A stretch of 63,869 nt of DNA from Euprymna scolopes (taxonomy: Eukaryota): the NCBI GenBank assembly GCA_053919585.1, contig CM132787.1; one strand, written 5' to 3'. Shown in pieces: positions 55,231-63,869 of this stretch; position 1 is the stretch's first letter; each line of letters starts with the position of its first letter. The translations under genes were made by a program, and so were the position numbers. Under the pieces are notes generated by a model. The model was given only the letters and a program-made list of their open reading frames with translations, was not told the DNA's origin and searched no databases.

Positions 55231-57249
55231 GAAAAGCAACGTTTAAACAGCTTACACCGTTTTGAAGCAACATATTATGCTGTATAGATAGCCCGGAGGT
55301 TAGAGATAAAATTGGTTTAAAGCGGAGAAATGGGTGTTAACTTAAGATGTTTACATATATTGGCTAGTTTGAATGTAAAGAGAATGATCATCAACAGTTG
55401 GGGATATGACAGACACGTTAGGAGACGTGTGCTTTAGATGATAGCGTAACGGAGCTTATACGTACAGGGGGACAAGAAGATTAAACTGATGGGTTTCAGT
55501 TTGATCACGAAAGTGTAGTGATATGCTCTTACGCAAGGAAGCAGGCTAGAAAAAAGCATGTAGACACGTAAGCAGACTCCTGGTGAATAACACTAAGACA
55601 CAGAAATAAATCTATATCTTGTCAAATATAAAGTCTCCTCGTTTCTGTGGTTTCACAAATGAAGCTAAACAGGTGTCTCAATCGGTTATGGTTTTGGTCT
55701 TGCATGCTTTATCACAGAGCCCAACATTAAAGACATAAACCCTACTGGATAAAGAAAAGCATTTAATCATCTCCTTCCATATGTATCATACACCGCTATA
55801 TAACACAATAACTATGTGGAAAAATAGAACATGCCCATCGCACACTTTGAAATGTACAACATTTAGACGTGTAAAAGTGATACACTGATTTTACTCATAC
55901 ATTTCTCAAATTACTTTGAAAAGGCCTGGTAGACTGGTGTAAAATTTCTATACGAAGCTCGTCAGTTTTGTATAATTACCATAGAGACACCTCGTTAATC
56001 AAGGTTGCAATTACGGTATTTTAAAAATATAATATGAAATATTATTTTGTTCTACTGATACCACATTCTTATATAACTACAAACGGTGTTTACCATATAT
56101 ATATATATACATATACTTAAAATTACTCGCGATATTTGCTTATTTATTCTACTTCGGAAGCACCCATATTTTTTTATTAAATGAAATATTCTTGAACGCT
56201 TTAATTGTTTCACACTTTTAGCTCAATTCATCAGAAACACATATTACACATACGATTAGCTTAAATTCATGAGGGTCGAAATTTACATTATTAATGTTAG
56301 TGAAAAACAATGATTAATTTACATTAATAAGATATCATGATTAACATAACAAAACTAAATTAGGATATTGACATAATAAAGGTTTTGTTGTATATTTCCT
56401 ATAGATCTGCATGCTTACACAAACAATGTTTATCCGTAGTTCACATTGACAGAACAGTTGTAGAAACAACATCCTAGATGAGAACATTATCCCGATTTAT
56501 TTAAACTACATTTATATCAGTTGCATTAGAAATACACACATAGATGCGTACCAGGAAGAGGTTGACTACCTACTAGGCAATATGCCAGAGGGTCTATAGT
56601 GACTCTGTATAATTGTACGTTTCACTACAAATGAACCCTAATAGAACATTTGCAGCCGAAATAAGATTTACTTGTTGTAGCCTAGCAACACTGGTTTTTA
56701 CGAACAATGGTGCATCTTTTGAAAGTGATATTAATTCAAGTAACACCACAAATCTAGATACTACATTTGACCAGATAATTTATTGTCTTATAATGTTGTA
56801 AGACCAACTAAGACATATCAACCATACTTTAATAGTTAACTATAGAGAGAAAAATTATGTTCTAAACTTATTCATTAATTCAGTGTTTTAGATGTATAGA
56901 AGAACTCTAATGAAATATTCAAATATCTACGTATTCATATAGAGATCAGGTGTTAGCCACCATAAAGATGCTATTTGATTTCTGGGAACTTCAAGTGAAG
57001 AGAGATGGAATCAACAAGATATCAGAGAGAAACTGCATGCCTACTATACACAGCCACTGTTTTACTTCGGTCATTTTATACAGGCGAAAATAAATAACAA
57101 AAATGAATGCGCATACCTTTTTTCGAGTCACAGGAAGAGATCAGCAGCTTGTGGTCGATTTAACGTCTGAAATATCATCAATGGAGAAATATGTTATATC
57201 GTGTTACCGCGACAATGATGCTTTATGTTTGTTTCTTAATCTAGAATTT

Positions 57250-59790
57250 ATTCATATCCGCAGGTAGTAGGGTTCACGACCCGTGTGCTATCGGTTTCGG
57301 AGAATCGTTGGGCATTTTATGCCGGATACCCGCGGAGATTCAATCTGCGCTCGCGTCACTTGCGACGATAATGTAAAAATGTGGGTTGTAATTCGTCAGA
57401 ATAATTCCGAGGTGAGCAAATCTTTAAGCTTTTCGAACGCCATCTTGCATTTTGTGGTCCAGTTTCTTACCTTGTGCTTCCTAAATAGCTCATTTAAAAG
57501 CTGCATGTAAGATGTGCATATTATATATGAAGGTTTGATAGTAATTAGCTTAGCCTAAAAAAATGCATTGTTGTAATGTCTTTTGCCTCAGATATATTAT
57601 TTATTGCTATTCACCTTTATGGATCAAGCGGTCTACCATTCATAGCTAATATTTTCCCTAAGTATTTTATTTGGTAAAGGAAAAAATTATACTTGCTGTT
57701 TTTAAGTGTGTAATCGTACTAGTTTATATTTTCGAACACTTGAAATACGCGTTTCTATGTTGCTCGACAGATTCGTGTTTAATTAGAAGATCGCCCAGGT
57801 ATCCGATTGAAAAAATCAAGGCAATGAACATCGTCGATTATCTGTTGAAAGACTGATGGTCTGACTTTGATCCCGAAACCCAACTTTAATAGTCGATTTT
57901 GGGTGGTAATACTCACACGTGTTCAGCTTTCTTCCACAGCTAGAATCTGTATGTACGCTTCGCTTAGATCTATTTTTGAGATTTTTCTCTCTATTTAGTT
58001 TCATAAAACTTCCTCTGGAATAAGTAGTGCGTCATGATGATTCTTTAATGCTGCATTTCATCCGGTCGAGAAGTCTGCGCAGACTCCGATATACTTCAGA
58101 TTTGTTTCTTTACATACACGGTGGGTGTAGCTCACTCGCTGTAATCGACTAGAGTCAACATTCTTCCTTTGACCAGTTTGTCCAATTAGACGGCAATCTC
58201 TTGTTTAAACGAAAACGATACACTGCGATTGTTTTTTGAAGACTAGGGTAGCATTGTCATGAAACTTGAACATTAACTTCATTTTATACAGCGACCGAGT
58301 TTGTCCGAAAAAACATTGGGGAACGACCAATTCAGGCCTCTCTTTAGTTTTCAAGCTTCGGCTATAATGTTGTCCAATTTTGACACCAATTACTTATGGG
58401 AGAGTCCGTGAGAACATATATTTTAAGCCAGTCTGCTCTAAAATGTTATTAGGGTTTTTCATACAAAAATCTTGATGTTTAGTGTTCGACGTTACGTAAG
58501 TGGAGATCTCGCCTTTAAATTTTATTCTATCTTTAGTTATTTAACGAGCCACGTTCTTACTCCTAGTTTGCACCAAGTACAGTGGTTTATGATAGACAGA
58601 TCTGAATTATTGTCAAATTAAAGGTGCGTATTCTAATCCCACACTTTTACTACCAGGTGGTTCTATACATTTTCGTTCTCCCCTTGATTCCTCGTTGTTT
58701 TACGTACTCTTGCGGGGTCGTTTTGATATGCAATGTGAGGCTTTGTGTCTGTTGCGCCTGCACCGATCACACTTTCGGGTCAGACATGGACAATCATTCC
58801 ACCAGTGGAGTTCCCCACATCCTTAGCATGGATAACGGAGTAACTCCGACTTCTTTTGGGATTTTCCAGAGGATTATGTTTGGCTTTCGCTTGAATGTTT
58901 CCAGAGTAAGATTTTTTTTTACTGTATACTTTTTAATGTGTGCTAACCTGCATCTTCTTTAAATTGCTTCGACAGGATGATTCTTTCGCATTCCTCAGCC
59001 AGTTGTTGAAGGTTTATATTTGATTCCGTTTCCAAATGTTTAATACCCAGCGTCTGAGTTCAGCGTCTTTGGTCGAATTTAAGCGTTAAATGAAAGTCAT
59101 ACCCTCAAATCGTCAGCCGGCAATGAAGATATTCGAAGTCGTCACAGTACCAATTTACGACTGACGCAGATGTTTGTAATCTTGGTCTTCTTGATGGGTC
59201 TAGTTTATTAATCGTTATCTTTTTATGAAAGGCGGTGCTTTTGGGACAGTATAATTCTCTTAAAGATTTAACTTTCTCTTCGCCTGTTTATTTATGGATG
59301 CTAAATTCCACTAATTTATTAGGTTCCTCAGTTAACATTTTTCTAATAAAAGACGAACCATTCATCTGCTTGCTCCATGACTAAAAATCCTGATTACGTA
59401 AAAAAACTACAGAAAGAGGCTTTAAAAGTATACCTCTTTCTAAGGTGGAAGTTAAATGTTTCTTATGCTGGCCATACCCCGGATTGGGAAATATATTTTT
59501 GTCCGACTCGTTGCTGTCTTTCTTCGCTATTAGTTTAGTTGTTAAGTCTAATTTTTTCTTTGTCTGTGTTTGCATTTATAATATTATTCCTTGATTAGCC
59601 TTCTTTCCGTCTTCTATTTCTTCTGTTTCCGCTTCCCGTTTTCTCCTTTCTTCTTATATTTTCGCTTATATTTTATTTCTTTCTCCTTCCATTCTTTCTG
59701 CTTCTCTTTGTTTTTGTAATTCAAAAATCTGAGTCTGCTGTAAACGTATCATTTCAATTAATTACATTTGCAAAATAGACTCATCAGACA
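57250..59790 (-). mobile_element. Decayed Gypsy/Ty3 LTR retrotransposon internal region (gag, zinc knuckles, protease, RT)
   Basis: KDAELRR...NLQQLAEECER (gag); C*GCGELHWWNDCP...CDRCRRNRHKASHC (two knuckles); DNNSDLSIIN..TW.KLG (protease); VDYSE*ATPTVYVKK, VCADFSTG, KIDLSEAYIQI, FGIKVRPSVFQQIID, YLGDLLI (RT). No LTR pair seen. Confidence 0.88.
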
Positions 59791-60429
59791 AATCTGGGGC
59801 TAAGGAATGCTAAATATAAAAACTGCGAATTTACGAAGAGGTTATGCCAAATACATATTCACAACGAATAAATGTAACAAACATGTGATTTTAACAGAGA
59901 AAATGTTCACTTTACGACCGCAGAGAAAAGACAATTGAGGATTTATGTAAACTCTATCGAGAATATCATACAGGGAATTTGCAGTCTACAAGAAGTTGGA
60001 ATAATAAAACGAATTGAAATCCCTTTTAGTATTAAACATATAATCGAGTATTCATGTAGTTTTGCTGAATTCTCGTAATTAAAGGAATGAAGTTTCGATC
60101 ATTCGTAGAGATAATATACTTTCTTTTATTTTAGCGTTTCTCGTTGCTTTACCCAGAAAACTCAAATAATGCAGAGTGCAGAAAGAGAAAATGTGAGGTC
60201 ACAGTAATAATTTGTTTTTCAAATATATACTGTAAAACGAAAATGCCTTCTTGCAAATAGAAAAAAATAAGATATTTGCCACAAGCGAAATGTGGTAAGA
60301 CCGCAAGGAAAATCTCTTTCTTTTTTTTATTTTTCGTTTAAGTGTTGATAAATAAAATTGTTCAATTTTCCCGGGCAGGCTAAAAATAAAGGCCTTCTGT
60401 TTTTGTTTTGTTTTACACAGTGGTCACCG

Positions 60430-60720
60430 CTTATCAAGGCCAGGAAGCCACTCAGGGATAATGGTTATTGCAAGTACATTACGTTAGTGTGGAGATTGAT
60501 GAAGTGTTTATTTAAGGGGGCGGTTCATTAAGAATTTGTTAACGATGGACTTGAAGACATCCAAGTTGTAGTCAGGTGGGAAGTAGGCAGAAGAGAATTC
60601 TGGGGCAATAAAAATATCTGATTCCAAGTGTGAAAACATTGCATGACTTGCAGAAGCAGAACGTAAGAAATGGATAAGCCAAATTATTTTTCAATCGACA
60701 GCGATCTTTACTAGTCACGG
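60430..60720 (-). pseudogene. CR1/L2-group LINE 3'-terminal fragment
   Basis: YFPPDYNLDVFKSIVNKFL, a typical ORF2 end. Confidence 0.55.
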
Positions 60721-61956
60721 CTTTAGAACAAAAAAAAACGGGATGAGGTCGCGTTTTCTTTTAAATATTAGTATCAGTCTCATTAACAAAGGTTCGTATT
60801 CAACGATTAGATATGTTTCCTTATTTAACAAGTGCAATTTATGTTTTTTAAAGAGGATGAAATCAGGTTATAATAAACCATTAAAAAAAATGCAAAACAC
60901 CCACTTTTGGTGAATTACAATGAACGCATTGTCACTTGAATATGACATATTGATCAAGATGTGCTTTTCTTTACGCTTGCAATAGAAAACTTACATCAGA
61001 TTCCTTGCCAATGATGTTAGCGAAGGTGTTGGATAATTTAATCCGAACTTGATAATAGGCAGGAATGATAATCCTGCACGATAATGATTGCGTAAGTAGG
61101 TAAAGCTAGAGCTCATAGGTATAAACCAACGCACACGCAACCCCCCACACACACACATAAATCACACACAAAAACACACACAAACATATATATATATATA
61201 TATATAATGTATATATATATTCCGTGTGAAAATATATATATATATATATAATAATTTATGATTAGATATTGATAATATAGAATTATTTTAAAATTATATA
61301 GTATTTCTTATGTGTCCCGTCCAAAAAATAGAAATCAATTGCCTTATTATGAAATGCAGTTATATTTTTAAATTACTCGGAGTGAAACAGATAGCATTGT
61401 AATAAAATTGAAGAATAATTTAAGTTAGTTTTTCTGATGCCCAAGAATAATTTGAAAATTATATTTTAAGTTTTGTATTCGCTTGCACTTCAACAAATGC
61501 CACGACTGAAATGATATTAAGAAAGAAACATTTCCTGTACAAAATAAAAATTTAAAATATAATTGAAACCTGTCTGTAGTCAAAAAGTTATTTCCCATAA
61601 ATGAAGAAACGCGTGAAATGTACTGCTTATTTTATATTTCTGTAGTTTTGTATATTTTCAGTCAAAGTAAAATTAGCAAAATCCAAAATGGTTCCTCATT
61701 TTGTTTTTACACTGCAATATATGCCTGCAGGATTACATTATATCACGAGATAAATATTTTTTGTTACAAAACGGGATAAATGTTTCTGTTCTATAATGTA
61801 TTCTACGAAATTAAACATAAATAATTTAACATAGTTTAATGCAATTTATATATATATGTATATATATATATTCATATATATATATATATATATACATATA
61901 TATGTATATATATGTATGTGTATGTGCGCGTGTGTTCCTGTGTGCATATGTGCACA

Positions 61957-62009
<53 letters not shown>

Positions 62010-62179
62010 AGGGTATATTTAGAATGGAAGGTGTCTAAGTTAAAATAAATTTATAAATACCCATGTAAAATTTAAAAGCGTTAATAAACAAGGTATAAAC
62101 ATATATATATGTATATATATATATATGTATATATATTTATATATATTATATATATATATAGTGATTTATAAAATATATA

Positions 62180-62245
62180 TGGCGATGAAGCTACACTGAA
62201 TATTCTGCGTTTCATCCACTATATGATTCGCCAGGCTTATGCGAT
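62180..62245 (-). ncRNA. Mutated type I hammerhead (inverted copy)
   Basis: CTGGCGA core (A6G) and a stem II mismatch (atca/ggat). Confidence 0.7.
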
Positions 62246-62488
62246 AATTCTGTGGTTGTTTCTCGTTTTTATATATGTTGAGGATTTTAGTTAGCCAATC
62301 AGCTTTCTAGTATTCACCGCGCACCTTCCTATAAGGAAGACATTTGCTTGCCATCGCATTCGGTGTATTAGCTCATCTGTTTTTTTTATTAATTTAATTA
62401 TTTAGCTATGCTTGCTGGGTGTGGGGATGTGTTTTAGCGATGTTTCGAATCCTCAACATATATAAAAACGAGAAACAACCACATCATT

Positions 62489-62552
62489 CGCGCATAAGCC
62501 TGACGAATCCTATAGTGGATGAAACGCAGAATATTCTGTGTTGCTTAATCGC
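62489..62552 (+). ncRNA. Type I hammerhead ribozyme, predicted cleavage after GUU at 62542
   Basis: taagc-CTGACGA-atcc(tatagt)ggat-GAAA-cgcagaatattctgtg-TT-gctta: all core nucleotides and stems I, II, III present. Confidence 0.85.
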
Positions 62553-62910
62553 CATATATATTTAACAAATTACTAACTAGCTCTAACTGCGTATTGGGCA
62601 ATTTTGAAGTAAATATTTAAAGTTTACGCATAAATCAATACTGTCGTATATTTATTTTATGTGAGTAACTGAAGTAGTTATACTTAGCTCCTAAAACTGT
62701 CGAGCACTCTCAAAATAATTTATTTCACTACATTAAAAATTGATATGGAAAGAGTTAATTTCGAAACATCGCTAAAAAAAACATCCCCACACCCAGCAAG
62801 CATGGCTATATTATAAAATTAATCCAAAAAAAACGGATAAACTAATACGCCGAATGCGAGGGCGAGCACATTTCTTCCTTATAGGAAGCGGCGCGGTGGA
62901 TACTAGAAAG

Positions 62911-62968
62911 CTGATTGGCTAACTAAAATCCTCAACATATATAAAAACGAGAAACAACCACATCATTC
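62911..62968 (+). promoter_or_regulatory. Putative Pol II promoter: reverse CCAAT (ATTGG 62914), TATATAAAAA (62938), Inr TCATTC (62963)
   Basis: Motifs with ~25-27 bp TATA-to-Inr spacing; TATA and Inr repeated at 62459 and 62484. Confidence 0.6.
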
Positions 62969-63031
62969 GCGCATAAGCCTGACGAATCCTATAGTGGATG
63001 AAACGCAGAATATTCAGTGTAGCTTAATCGC
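62968..63031 (+). ncRNA. Type I hammerhead ribozyme, predicted cleavage after GUA at 63021
   Basis: taagc-CTGACGA-atcc(tatagt)ggat-GAAA-cgcagaatattcagtg-TA-gctta; one mismatch in stem III. Confidence 0.88.
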
Positions 63032-63156
63032 CATATATATTTTATAAATTACTAACTAGCTCTACCTACGTATTGATCAATTTTGAAGTAAATACTTAAA
63101 GTTTACGCATAAATCTATACTTTCGTATATTAATTTTATGTGAGTAAATGAAGTAG

Positions 63157-63210
<54 letters not shown>

Positions 63211-63611
63211 AATAGTAAATGCACATTTTATACATATGCATATACATATACTCATATATGTATATGCAATGATATATTTATATGTACACACACATATATA
63301 TAATATGAATATTAATGAATATATACATATATATGCATATATATATATATATACACATATTTAAATAAATAAATTCAATTTTTTAAGTTTTTGTGTACGT
63401 TAAAGTTCATGTGTGCATTTTAATTTTTAATATGCGTTAGGATATAGATATTCATTTTATATTTTTAGATATTTATATTGTAATCGGTATTCCGCAAATG
63501 CTTACATATATATATATATTCTGAGGGTATATGTAAAATTGAAGGTGTCTAAGTTAAAATAAATTGATAAATATCCATGTAAAATTTTAAAGCGTTTATA
63601 AACAAAGTATA

Positions 63612-63679
<68 letters not shown>

Positions 63680-63786
63680 CAATTGTAAATGCATCTTTTA
63701 TACATATACATATACGCATATATATGTATATGCAATGATATATTTATATGTACAAACACACATATATATAATATAAATATAAATTA

Positions 63787-63833
<47 letters not shown>

Positions 63834-63869
63834 CATATTTAAATAAATAATTTTTTTTTTTTTTAAGTT

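Larger units (their letters stand above)
62160..63160 (+). mobile_element. Non-coding hammerhead-bearing element (retrozyme or non-autonomous Penelope pLTR array): inverted partial copy + 1.5 x 479-bp unit
   Basis: 62450-~62681 repeats at 62929-63160 (period 479); 62160-62449 is the reverse complement of ~62760-63050; no ORF of 60 aa or more. Confidence 0.85.
62010..63869 (+). repeat. Tandem repeat of ~470-bp TA-rich units; first unit interrupted by the hammerhead element
   Basis: gagggtatat...gaaggtgtctaagttaaaataaatt at 62010 and 63523; ttgg.aat.gtaaatgca...gcaatgatatatttatatgtaca at 63206 and 63676. Confidence 0.85.

Noticed and set aside
1358-63759. Many short ORFs rich in IYIY, HTHT, NNN/III or X
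   Set aside because: Translations of microsatellites or N-gaps, not genes.

Overview
AT-rich eukaryotic (probably invertebrate) draft-assembly DNA with seven N-gaps and many (TA)n tracts. I found no recognisable host protein-coding gene, rRNA, tRNA or CRISPR array. The window is mostly decayed transposons: at least 3 families of short non-autonomous Helitrons, a TIR-bounded DD41D (rosa-type) Tc1/mariner, other mariner remnants, CR1/L2-group, RTE and R4/Dong LINE fragments, a Penelope RT+GIY-YIG remnant and a decayed Gypsy gag-pol. The most interesting structure is at 62160-63160: a non-coding, retrozyme-like unit of 479 bp, present as 1.5 tandem copies plus an inverted partial copy. It carries two intact-looking type I hammerhead ribozymes, each directly behind a TATA/Inr motif, and sits in the (TA)n tract of a tandem repeat whose neighbouring unit shows the empty site. 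Two LINEs from different clades also show 5' inversions with twin-priming geometry. All family assignments come from motif recognition by eye; no database search was run and boundaries are approximate unless exact motifs are quoted.
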